From the NCBI GenBank assembly GCA_045534775.1, contig JAZSKI010000049.1, positions 9,254 through 73,253 on the forward strand: 64,000 nt of DNA, written 5' to 3'. Of the stretch, positions 48,998 to 58,309 are shown piece after piece (within the stretch, counting starts at the first letter, position 1; the number at the start of each line of letters is the position of its first letter). The DNA comes from Clostridia bacterium (GTDB taxonomy: Bacteria > Bacillota > Clostridia > RUG12999). Under the pieces are notes generated by a model, which was given only the letters and a program-made list of their open reading frames with translations, ran no database searches and was not told the origin of the DNA. A program made the position numbers and the translations under genes.

Positions 48998-50184
48998 TGG
49001 ATCACCACCTCCTCGCGAAGCTCCAGCGCACCGTCTTTCGTATTATCCGCTTTTACTATGGCAAATTCGTCATTTTTAAACAGCACATCTACCTGTTTAA
49101 CTACTGTTTCCTTGCCACTACGTACCTCTACCGCATCTTTTCCTTCGTGCTTTTTAAGCGCCGAGGTCGGTATTTTTAATCCTTTATAATCGTCTACATA
49201 TATTTCAACCGAAACCTTGCGGTTTTTAAGCAAATATTCTATTTCCTGAGTTCCCTTAAGGAATATTGCCACCTTGCCGTTTTCCGCTTCGGTGCAGCCC
49301 GCGTACCTACAGGTTATTTCCTCTGTGTTACCGCCGAAAAATTTAACGTTGACGCGACCTATCTCCTCAAATTTTCCCACCCTGTCCTCTTCTGTTATAA
49401 CGGCAATCAGCCACGTAGAATTATCAACAACCTTGGCTACGGGATAGGGTAATATATCCTGAGACGGCTCATATACCTTGCGGCTGAGAAGCTCCTCTAT
49501 TCCCGACACCGTCATTGCAGAGGCTGTATCGGTTTTTAAAATCCCCTCCAGCCCGTCTACCGAGGCAACAAACACCCCCGAGGTTCCGCTGTACAAGGTT
49601 TTTACGTTGCTGCCGAGTTTTTGCTCCAGCTGACTTTTCTCGGCTTCCAAGGCTTCGATTACTGCCTTTTTACCTCCCGACGTGCCTGTTTTAATATTTT
49701 CCTTTCTTGCTATCAGCGCATCCATTTCTTTCCTGATTTTATTGATTTCTGCCTGATTTCCTTCTGCACTCAACGCGGAGATTTTAGCGGAATACTCTTT
49801 TAACTTACTGTCTATTGCCGAAATATCACCTGAAAACAGCGTATCACTTCCTGTGCTCGTCTGTACTTCTCTGATTTTTTCGTTTACGGCGTTAATCTCT
49901 CCCACTGCCTCTCTGTCGGGCGTTCCTTCGTAAAATTCGCCTACGGCTTTGCCTTTTTCCACCTTACTGATATTCGGAACACTGTTCTGGAAAAAACCCG
50001 TTGAACCTACTGTTATGGCCTGTTCATTGCGAATTACAAGAGCATCTGTTTTTATAATATCCACATATTCGCCCGCTTTTACCACAGCACTGTTTTTACT
50101 TATTTTTACATTATTATAAATGTTCCACATAGATAATATACCAACAACTATCAGCACTATCGGAATAAGCTTTTTCACAATCAC
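48994..50184 (-). CDS. HlyD-family / efflux-adaptor-like membrane-anchored coiled-coil protein
   Basis: 396 aa with an N-terminal TM, lipoyl-like hairpin, long coiled coil and C-terminal beta-barrel. It occupies the position after miaA where hfq sits in Bacillus. Confidence 0.5.
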   Translation of the reverse strand: MIVKKLIPIVLIVVGILSMWNIYNNVKISKNSAVVKAGEYVDIIKTDALVIRNEQAITVGSTGFFQNSVPNISKVEKGKAVGEFYEGTPDREAVGEINAVNEKIREVQTSTGSDTLFSGDISAIDSKLKEYSAKISALSAEGNQAEINKIRKEMDALIARKENIKTGTSGGKKAVIEALEAEKSQLEQKLGSNVKTLYSGTSGVFVASVDGLEGILKTDTASAMTVSGIEELLSRKVYEPSQDILPYPVAKVVDNSTWLIAVITEEDRVGKFEEIGRVNVKFFGGNTEEITCRYAGCTEAENGKVAIFLKGTQEIEYLLKNRKVSVEIYVDDYKGLKIPTSALKKHEGKDAVEVRSGKETVVKQVDVLFKNDEFAIVKADNTKDGALELREEVVIQ

Positions 50185-50227
50185 ACATCCTTTTATCCTT
50201 TGTTACCGTAATATCCTTCAGGTTCGT

Positions 50228-51133
50228 TTACTTTTTCAACCACCTGCTTAAATCGGGGGTTTCTTCAGGTTTAAGCCACGTTATATTATTCCTTTTAAAC
50301 CACGTGAGCTGCCTTTTTGCATATCTCCTGGTTTCCATCTTTATTTTTTCCGCCAGCTCCTCCTCGGTGTAAACGCCGTCAAGATAATCCAGTACTTCCT
50401 TATAGCCTATGCCCTGCATAGAGGTATTTTCTCTTTTGCAGCCCAGTCTTACGCATTTTTCCACCTCGGCTATCAGCCCCTGCTTCATCATTATGTCAAC
50501 CCGTCTGTTGATACGGTCATACAAGATTTCTCTGTCATATTCTATCGCAAACTCCGCCGTATCATAAATCTTCGGTGATTTTTTTGAGGTTTCTATCTGC
50601 TTTGCCATGGTTTTTCCCGTATTTTCATAAATTTCAATGGCACGGATTACCCTTTTTATATTATTGGGATGGATATTCTCAGCACTTACGGGGTCAATTT
50701 CCTTTAACCTTTCAAAAAGCGCTTCCTTGCCGCAGCTTTCATAAAAGCTTTCAATGCTTCGGCGGATTTCGCCGTCGGTTTCGATTTCTCCCGACAAAGC
50801 TATGTTATTCATTACCGTGTTGATATAAAGACCTGTGCCGCCTGCTAAAATCGCAATTTTACCGCGGCTGTGAATATCGGCAATCGCTTTATGCGCCGCC
50901 TCGGCATAGTCCCACAGACTGAAATTCTCCGTAGGCTCTACAATATCAATAAGGTGATGAGGCACGCCTTCCATCTCCTCGGCAGTAGGCTTGGCGCTTC
51001 CTATATCCATATGTTTATATATCTGCATAGAATCGGCAGAGACTACCTCGCCTCCTACAGCCTTTGCAATTTTTACTGCCAGTGCGGTTTTTCCGCTTGC
51101 CGTTGGGCCTTCAACTGCTATTAACGGTATCAT
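50228..51133 (-). CDS. miaA: tRNA dimethylallyltransferase
   Basis: P-loop AVEGPTASGKT at the N-terminus. Confidence 0.9.
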   Translation of the reverse strand: MIPLIAVEGPTASGKTALAVKIAKAVGGEVVSADSMQIYKHMDIGSAKPTAEEMEGVPHHLIDIVEPTENFSLWDYAEAAHKAIADIHSRGKIAILAGGTGLYINTVMNNIALSGEIETDGEIRRSIESFYESCGKEALFERLKEIDPVSAENIHPNNIKRVIRAIEIYENTGKTMAKQIETSKKSPKIYDTAEFAIEYDREILYDRINRRVDIMMKQGLIAEVEKCVRLGCKRENTSMQGIGYKEVLDYLDGVYTEEELAEKIKMETRRYAKRQLTWFKRNNITWLKPEETPDLSRWLKK

Positions 51134-51134
51134 A

Positions 51135-52961
51135 TCATTTTATCCTTTTAAACTGTTTTTCTATAAACTGCCTGTCCATAATTATCCACGCCGGTCTGCC
51201 GTGGGGGCAGGTAACGGTTTTTTCCGTTTCAAAAAGCCGCCTTACCAAATCATCCATTTCTGTGTGCGTTAATTTTTTGCCTGCTTTTATTGAACCTCGG
51301 CAAGCCACCGTATGCAGTGCCCTTTCTTTTCTTGCTCTGCCTGCATCCATTCTTCCGCTTTTAAGCGAGGCTGTGATTTCGCAAATCACGTGGAGTATCT
51401 CCTCCACATCCATGACCTCGGGAACACCGCGTACCGCTACATCATTTTCACCAAAATCCTCTGTTTCAAAGCCTATTTCGGTAAAAAATCCCACATTCTC
51501 AGCCCAGATGTTTTTTTCTTCCGCTGTCAGCTTCACTATAACAGGAAGCATCAGCATTTGCATATTAATCCCGCTTTCTTCCCATTGCTTCAGCAATTTC
51601 CCGTAGGTAATATGCTCGTGCGCCGCGTGCTGGTCTATCAGCAACAACTCGTCCTTTCTTTCGGCAATTATATATGTGTTAAATATCTGTCCTATTATAT
51701 TATAACCTATTTCCTTCTCCAGTTCAACCCCTAATTGAACATAGTCGGTCTTTTTTTCTCTTATCTCTTGTTTAATTTCCGACCTTTCCGGCATTTTTTC
51801 GCTTAAATCCACCATTTTTATCGGCATCTGAGCCGGTTTTTCTTTCACGTCTTCGGCGAACACGAATACTCCTGTTTTAAAGGGGTCTCTTACCGACCTT
51901 TGCGGGGTTTTAAACTCAACTGCCGAAGCCGGCACTGTTTCCGGTTTCTTTTCCGCTTCCGTCACCTTGGGTATAACAGGCGTTGCCAGGGCATTTTTCA
52001 CCGCCCAGTAAACACAGCTGTAAATTTTTCTGTCGTCAGAAAATTTAACCTCCAGCTTTGAGGGATGGACGTTTACATCTACAGCTTCAGGGGAAATGTT
52101 CAGTTTTATAAAGCAAACCGGATGAAATCCCAAGGGAATTAAACCCTTGCAGGCTTCCTCCGCCGCCGTTTGCATCATTTTGCTCACAACCGGACGATTA
52201 TTTACATAGAAATACTGCATAGCACGGGTTTTTCTCACATATACAGGGTTGCCCACAAGACCTTTGACCGCAATTCCGCCGTCATTATAATCAAGCGACA
52301 TCATCTGAGATGCTGTCTCCTTACCAAAAATTGTATGTACCGTATTTTCCAGACTTCCGTCTCCCGCTGTAAACAGCTTTTCTTTACCGTCAGAAATAAA
52401 TCTGAAGGATACCTCAGGGTGGGCAATGGCAGTTTTGCGAACTACCTCCTCCACATAGCCCGCCTCCGTTGAATCCTTTTTCAAAAACTTCATTCTTGCA
52501 GGTGTATTATAGAACAAATCCGTTACTTTGATAGAAGTTCCTGCAAAGCCCGGTGTTTCCTCGGTGTTCTCTATGTTCCCACAGTCTGCCCTGCAGGTCA
52601 TTCCCATATCAAAATCTGCCGCTTTGGTATAAAGCTCAACCCTTGCGACAGCGGCAATGCTCGCCAGAGCCTCACCTCTGAAGCCTAAGGTATATATGGC
52701 ATCCAAATCCTTCGGGGAAGATATTTTACTTGTGGCATGACGCAAAAAGGCAGTTGGCACGTCTTCCGGGTGTATTCCGCAACCGTTATCGGTCACTTTT
52801 ATGAGTGACATCCCGCCGTTTTTAATCTCAACCGTCACCATTGCCGCACCGGCATCTATTGAATTTTCAATCAATTCCTTCACCGCCGAGGCCGGGCGTT
52901 CCACAACCTCGCCTGCCGCTATCATATTCGCCAAATCCTTATCAAGTAATTTGATAAACAT
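51135..52961 (-). CDS. mutL: DNA mismatch repair protein MutL
   Basis: 608 aa with GHKL ATPase motifs and a C-terminal dimerisation domain. Confidence 0.9.
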   Translation of the reverse strand: MFIKLLDKDLANMIAAGEVVERPASAVKELIENSIDAGAAMVTVEIKNGGMSLIKVTDNGCGIHPEDVPTAFLRHATSKISSPKDLDAIYTLGFRGEALASIAAVARVELYTKAADFDMGMTCRADCGNIENTEETPGFAGTSIKVTDLFYNTPARMKFLKKDSTEAGYVEEVVRKTAIAHPEVSFRFISDGKEKLFTAGDGSLENTVHTIFGKETASQMMSLDYNDGGIAVKGLVGNPVYVRKTRAMQYFYVNNRPVVSKMMQTAAEEACKGLIPLGFHPVCFIKLNISPEAVDVNVHPSKLEVKFSDDRKIYSCVYWAVKNALATPVIPKVTEAEKKPETVPASAVEFKTPQRSVRDPFKTGVFVFAEDVKEKPAQMPIKMVDLSEKMPERSEIKQEIREKKTDYVQLGVELEKEIGYNIIGQIFNTYIIAERKDELLLIDQHAAHEHITYGKLLKQWEESGINMQMLMLPVIVKLTAEEKNIWAENVGFFTEIGFETEDFGENDVAVRGVPEVMDVEEILHVICEITASLKSGRMDAGRARKERALHTVACRGSIKAGKKLTHTEMDDLVRRLFETEKTVTCPHGRPAWIIMDRQFIEKQFKRIK

Positions 52962-52981
52962 AATCTATCTTCCTCCTTCCG

Positions 52982-55555
52982 TTACATTTTTTCAAGGTCT
53001 TTTTTTAGGCTGTAAAGCATTGACAGTCCTTCAATGGGTGTCAGGGTATCAATATCAAGGTCTTTGATTTTTCTCACAAGCTCCAGCTCTGCCGACATTT
53101 CAAAGCTCATCTGCGGTTCTTCAGCCACCGTCTTTTTAGGCACAGCCACCGCTTTGTCCTTCTCTAAACTTTTAAGGATTACCCTTGCACGTTTTACAAC
53201 GTTTTCGGGAAGTCCCGCCAGCTTTGCCACTTCAACGCCGTAGCTATCATCTGCTCCGCCTCTTACAATTTTTCTCAGGAAGATAATATCTTCTCCCCTC
53301 TCTTTAATGGCAACGCTGTAATTCTTCACGCCTTCCATACTGTTTTCAAGCTCCGTAAGCTCGTGATAATGGGTAGCAAAAAGGGTTTTCGCACCGCAGG
53401 TTTTCCGGGATGCAGTATGCTCTGCCACCGCCCAGGCTATAGCCAGCCCGTCATAGGTGCTTGTTCCTCTTCCGATTTCGTCATATATGATAAGGCTTTT
53501 CGGTGTAGCATTTTTGAGAATCGAGGCTACCTCACTCATTTCCACCATAAAGGTACTTTGTCCCGCCGCCAAATCATCTGATGCTCCGACCCTTGTGAAA
53601 ATACTGTCACAAATGCCGATGTGTGCCGAGGTCGCAGGCACAAAGCTTCCTATCTGTGCCAGAAGAGCGATGCTTGCCACCTGCCTCATATAAGTGGATT
53701 TTCCTGCCATATTGGGTCCTGTTATGGTAAGAAGCCTATCGGTAGTATTGTTTAAAAAGGTGTCGTTTGGTACAAACATCTCCTCCGACAGTCTCTCGAC
53801 TACGGGATGTCTGCCTTGTTTTATGTCTATAATATCCGATATATCAACCGTAGGCTTACAATAGTTATATTTTACCGCCACCTCAGCCAGAGAAGCAAGA
53901 CAATCCAGAATACCTATTGCCTTAGCTGTCTTCTGAATACGCTCGCGACAACTGCCTACCTTCTCACGAATTTCCTCAAAAAGACTGTATTCAAGCTGCA
54001 TACTCTTTTCGGATGCACCCAAAAGCTTTTCCTCAATCTTTTTAAGGTCATCGGTTATATATCTTTCTCCGTTAGTCAGGGTCTGTTTTCTTATATAGCG
54101 GTCGGGAACCCTTTCAACATTGGATTTTGAAACCTCTATGTAATAGCCGAACACCTTATTGAAGCTTACCTTAAGATTCCTGATTCCCGTGGCCTCCTTT
54201 TCCTTTGCCTCAACTTCCGCAAGCCAGCCTTTTCCGTCACTTAAGGCCCGTCTGTATTCGTCCAGCTCTTCGCTGTAATTATCTCTTATTATGCCTCCCT
54301 CACGGATTGTAACGGGAGGGTTGTCGCAAATACTCTTTTCTATGAGCTCACACATATCCTCCATAGCATCCATAGATTTGTACAACTCAGTTACGATTGT
54401 ACTTTCACATGCTCCGATTTCAAAAATAAGGGAAGGCAACATTCTGAATGATGTTTTAAGTGCAATTAAATCTCTTCCGTTGGCACTGCCACAAACTACC
54501 TTTCCGATAATTCTTTCCATATCCGATATGTTTCTGAGCAAATCTCTTACATTTGAGCGCAAAATCACATCTTCAACAAACTCTTCAACGCCATCAAGGC
54601 GTTTGTTGATACTGCCGTAGTTAATAAGAGGCTGTTCCACCCAATTACGAAGCCTTCTGCCTCCCATAGAAGTCTCGGTTTTATCAATAACCCACAAAAG
54701 ACTGCCTTTTTTGCTTTTATTCCTCATCGTTTCCGTAATTTCAAGGTTGCGCCTTGTATTTGCATCCATATTCATAAAATCGCCTATGGAATAATAGGAA
54801 ACGCTGTCTATATGGCTTATGTCCGTTTTCTGAGTTTCTCCTATATATTTTATTGCCGCTCCGATAGCTGAGTAAGAAATATCGCCTTCAATGAGAGCGC
54901 ATTTGTCGCCGAATTTTTCATTATTTATTTCTTTGACGTCCTCAAAATAGTCGTTACCTCGTTTTGTAACGTAGCATTCAACGGTTTTTAAAAGCTTTTC
55001 AATCATTCTGTCTTCAAATGCCTCTTCGTTTATGAGACATTCCGTAGGCATAAATCTTGAAAACTCAGTAATCAGATTGTCGTGAATATCCGCATTTATG
55101 ACAGTTGCATAAAGCTCGCCGGTGGAAAAGTCCAGGAAGGCAAGACCCAGCCTGCTGTCACGTTTATATGCGGAAGCAAGAAAATTGTTTTTATCTGCCG
55201 CAACAGCACCATCTTCGGTTATGGTAGAGGGTGTAACGACTTTTGTTACCTCACGCCTTACAATGCCTCTCATCACAGCGGGATTCCCAATCTGCTCACA
55301 TATAGCTACCTTATAGCCCTTTGAGACCAGTTTTGAAATATATCCGCTACAGCTGTGGAAAGGCACTCCGCACATAGGCGCGCGCTCAGGCATACCGCAA
55401 TCGCGACCCGTAAGTGTGAGTTCAAGCTCTTTTGAGGCTGTAAAGGCATCATCGAAAAACATTTCATAGAAATCGCCTAACCGATAAAATAATATACAAT
55501 CCTCATATTTCTTTTTTACCTCGAAATACTGTTCCATCATAGGCGTGTAACCCAT
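52982..55555 (-). CDS. mutS: DNA mismatch repair protein MutS
   Basis: 857 aa with Walker A GPNMAGKST. Confidence 0.9.
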   Translation of the reverse strand: MGYTPMMEQYFEVKKKYEDCILFYRLGDFYEMFFDDAFTASKELELTLTGRDCGMPERAPMCGVPFHSCSGYISKLVSKGYKVAICEQIGNPAVMRGIVRREVTKVVTPSTITEDGAVAADKNNFLASAYKRDSRLGLAFLDFSTGELYATVINADIHDNLITEFSRFMPTECLINEEAFEDRMIEKLLKTVECYVTKRGNDYFEDVKEINNEKFGDKCALIEGDISYSAIGAAIKYIGETQKTDISHIDSVSYYSIGDFMNMDANTRRNLEITETMRNKSKKGSLLWVIDKTETSMGGRRLRNWVEQPLINYGSINKRLDGVEEFVEDVILRSNVRDLLRNISDMERIIGKVVCGSANGRDLIALKTSFRMLPSLIFEIGACESTIVTELYKSMDAMEDMCELIEKSICDNPPVTIREGGIIRDNYSEELDEYRRALSDGKGWLAEVEAKEKEATGIRNLKVSFNKVFGYYIEVSKSNVERVPDRYIRKQTLTNGERYITDDLKKIEEKLLGASEKSMQLEYSLFEEIREKVGSCRERIQKTAKAIGILDCLASLAEVAVKYNYCKPTVDISDIIDIKQGRHPVVERLSEEMFVPNDTFLNNTTDRLLTITGPNMAGKSTYMRQVASIALLAQIGSFVPATSAHIGICDSIFTRVGASDDLAAGQSTFMVEMSEVASILKNATPKSLIIYDEIGRGTSTYDGLAIAWAVAEHTASRKTCGAKTLFATHYHELTELENSMEGVKNYSVAIKERGEDIIFLRKIVRGGADDSYGVEVAKLAGLPENVVKRARVILKSLEKDKAVAVPKKTVAEEPQMSFEMSAELELVRKIKDLDIDTLTPIEGLSMLYSLKKDLEKM

Positions 55556-55585
55556 GTTCTGTCCCTCCGTTTTTAAAACTGATAA

Positions 55586-55993
55586 TTAGTGGCATCCTCC
55601 GCAGGTTGAACAGCTTCCGCTGCAGCCCTCGTGGTCGTGGGCGTGTTCTTCCTCGCCCGTAACATAAAACTGAATAATTGAATTTACATCAGCAAGAAGC
55701 TTTTCCGCCGCTTTCTTAGCCGCAAGATAATTTCTTATTACTGCATTTTCGCTAAGCTTTGTAAATTCTCTCGAAATCTGCTGTCTGATTTTAATTATTT
55801 CGGGAGGGGTTATATCCTCTCTTTTAAGCTCCTCAGTGCATTTTGCACAGTTTTCATCATATTCAGCCGTCAGTCGCTGTGCTTCGCTGTCACCGTGAAA
55901 CGCCGCCTCTGCTTCTGCATAGGCTTTGAATTCATCGCTTTCGGCAATAGCCTGTCCCAATATTTTAGCCTGTTCTATTACATCCATTTTCAT
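55586..55993 (-). CDS. YlbF/YmcA (RicA-like) family protein with C-terminal His/Cys-rich tail
   Basis: 135 aa. It sits between miaB and mutS, as ymcA does in Bacillus. The tail reads EEHAHDHEGCSGSCSTCGGCH. Confidence 0.65.
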   Translation of the reverse strand: MKMDVIEQAKILGQAIAESDEFKAYAEAEAAFHGDSEAQRLTAEYDENCAKCTEELKREDITPPEIIKIRQQISREFTKLSENAVIRNYLAAKKAAEKLLADVNSIIQFYVTGEEEHAHDHEGCSGSCSTCGGCH

Positions 55994-57369
55994 TTACCTG
56001 CCTTTTCTGTTATTTCTCCTGCCATATAAAATGTCAGAACCTTATTTATTTTAACCTTTACAAAACTGCCTATCAGCGACTCGTCACCTTCAAAATGTAT
56101 AATTTTATTGGTGCGTGTTCTGCCGCTGAGCATATTTTCATTGGATTTACTTTTCCCTTCAACCAAAACCTCTACGGTTTTCCCAAAATAGCCTTCATTT
56201 ATCTCCAGCCCTATCTGCTTCTGGCGTTCCAGGAGAATATCGAAGTTCCGATGCTTTTCCTCGTCTGTCTGAACATCTGCCATTTTAGCCGCAGGTGTTC
56301 CGTTTCTTCTGGAATAAATAAAACTGAAAATCCCGTCAAACCGCACCGTTTCGATAACATCCATAGTTTCGGCAAAATCCTCGTCAGTTTCGCCCGGAAA
56401 GCCTACGATAATATCTGCCGTCAGGGCAATATCGGGTATTCTTTTTCTTATCTTGTCAATAAGCTCCAGATACTGAGCCTTTGTATATTTCCTGTTCATA
56501 AGCTTTAAGATACGGTCACTGCCCGCCTGAAACGGCAGGTGCAGGTATTCGCATACTTTTTCACATTCCGCCATAGCATCTATAAGCTCGTCACTTAAAT
56601 CCTTCGGATGTGAGGTTATGAACTTTATCCTTTTTATCCCTTTGATTTCGTTCACCCTTCGCAGAAGCTGTGCAAAGGTGGTTTTGTTCTCCAGGTCCTT
56701 GCCGTAGGAATTCACGTTCTGTCCCAAAAGAGTAACCTCTACAAAACCCTTTTCCGCCATTCCCCTGATTTCATTTATAATATTCTCAGGCTGACGCGAC
56801 CGTTCTCTGCCTCTCGTATAAGGCACAATGCAGTAGGAACAGAAGTTATTGCACCCGTTCATAACGGTAACGGAAAAGCTTCTGTCGCCCTCACGCTTTG
56901 TTGGTATGCCCTCTACGATTTCCTCTTTCTCTGTTATTTCAATGACTCTTTTTCCCGTTGTCAGCTTTTTATCAAGCATTCTCGGAAAATCATATATATT
57001 ATGAGTGCCGAAAATTATATCTACATAAGGATATGATTTCCGCATTTTTTCTACCACCTGCGGCTGTTGCATCATACAGCCGCAAACCACTATAACCAGC
57101 TCTTCTTTTATTTTCTTAAGCTTTTTAAATGCTCCGACATTGCCGTAAATTCTGAACTCTGCACCCTCGCGGACAGCGCAGGTATTTACCACGATAATAT
57201 CTGCATTTTCTTCTGTTTCGGTAAAGCCATAGCCCATTTCCTCAAGCATACCGCGGATTTTCTCCATATCCGCTTCATTTTGCGCACAACCGTACACACA
57301 AGTATACGCAAGAGGCTTGCTGCCACCCGACAAAATATTTTTAACTCTGTTTATATATGTTTTATCCAT
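55990..57369 (-). CDS. miaB: tRNA-2-methylthio-N6-dimethylallyladenosine synthase (MiaB-like methylthiotransferase)
   Basis: MTTase N-domain, radical SAM CNNFCSYC and a C-terminal TRAM domain. The start is assumed at MDKTYINRV (57369). The track start is 57405. Confidence 0.8.
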   Translation of the reverse strand: MDKTYINRVKNILSGGSKPLAYTCVYGCAQNEADMEKIRGMLEEMGYGFTETEENADIIVVNTCAVREGAEFRIYGNVGAFKKLKKIKEELVIVVCGCMMQQPQVVEKMRKSYPYVDIIFGTHNIYDFPRMLDKKLTTGKRVIEITEKEEIVEGIPTKREGDRSFSVTVMNGCNNFCSYCIVPYTRGRERSRQPENIINEIRGMAEKGFVEVTLLGQNVNSYGKDLENKTTFAQLLRRVNEIKGIKRIKFITSHPKDLSDELIDAMAECEKVCEYLHLPFQAGSDRILKLMNRKYTKAQYLELIDKIRKRIPDIALTADIIVGFPGETDEDFAETMDVIETVRFDGIFSFIYSRRNGTPAAKMADVQTDEEKHRNFDILLERQKQIGLEINEGYFGKTVEVLVEGKSKSNENMLSGRTRTNKIIHFEGDESLIGSFVKVKINKVLTFYMAGEITEKAGK

Positions 57370-57449
57370 TAAGGCACAAATCCTTCCGTTACCGCAAATT
57401 ATCATACACTTTTACAACACGATCCACGTATTGTATACCATAATATATA

Positions 57450-57478
57450 ATTGTACCATAAAATAATAAGTTTTGCAA
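57450..57478 (-). promoter_or_regulatory. sigma-A promoter TTGCAA-17-TACAAT (minus strand) for miaB-ricA-mutSL
   Basis: The reverse complement reads TTGCAAaacttattattttatggTACAAT. Confidence 0.45.
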
Positions 57479-57503
57479 GTAAATTTGAAAAATTTTTATT
57501 GGG

Positions 57504-58112
57504 TCAAAAATTATCGTAAATAATTTTCATACAATCGTTTTCAATAAGTCTTTCCCCGTGTTCTCCGAGATAGGATGCCTGCAAAAGGGAATTTTCCGAC
57601 AGGTTCCCGTATTCGCATATAATTCCCATAAATACGGGGACGAAGCTTTTAAGCTCAGGTGTTATATTTATCACCAGCATATACTCCCCGCCTTGTTTGA
57701 AAAGAGAATTTTTATGTTCAAACAAAAGGCAGTAATACAGATTATTCTTTGCAAATTTGCATAAATCCTCAAATTCTTTAAAGGAATACACCAGCACCGA
57801 CTCTCCTGCGGTAATTTTTTCTTTTGCCTTTTTGTATCGGTATTTTTTCTGTTCGTCAACCCCCGTAAACTGTTTTTTTGTAATAAAAATAACAAAGGTT
57901 TCCGCATCCTTTCGCATAGCCTCCACCGTCAGCTTGCAATTATCAAATTCTATACCCGTCTCCTCGGTTGCCCGATGTATTATTTCCCAGAATATTTCAT
58001 TCGCTTTGGGGTTTCCGGGTGTCAGATTCTCATAATTAACATTCCATTTTATCATATCTTCAGATTTAAGAGTTACTTTAAGTATATTATCGGAAATTAT
58101 TTCAAACTTCAT
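57504..58112 (-). CDS. mecA: adaptor protein MecA
   Basis: N-terminal MKFEIISDNILKVTLKSEDMIKWNV...ANEIFWEIIHRATEE matches the MecA N-domain pattern. Confidence 0.7.
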   Translation of the reverse strand: MKFEIISDNILKVTLKSEDMIKWNVNYENLTPGNPKANEIFWEIIHRATEETGIEFDNCKLTVEAMRKDAETFVIFITKKQFTGVDEQKKYRYKKAKEKITAGESVLVYSFKEFEDLCKFAKNNLYYCLLFEHKNSLFKQGGEYMLVINITPELKSFVPVFMGIICEYGNLSENSLLQASYLGEHGERLIENDCMKIIYDNF

Positions 58113-58246
58113 ATTGCCCTCCCTTAATCAGGTTTTATTTCAAAAGTTTATTTCAAAAGAAAATAGTTTTAAATATTTCCCCTAATACATTATACTAAAA
58201 AATTTGCAAATTGAAAAGCCTTTTTTAAAAATTTTTCAAAAAAAGG

Positions 58247-58275
58247 TTGTAAATTTTTTTCAAATATTGTATAAT
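58247..58275 (+). promoter_or_regulatory. sigma-A promoter TTGTAA-17-TGTATAAT for rnf operon
   Basis: TTGTAA at 58247-58252, TATAAT at 58270-58275. Confidence 0.5.
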
Positions 58276-58309
58276 AAAAGAGTAAACTCTTGAGAATGGA
58301 GAGATTGAC

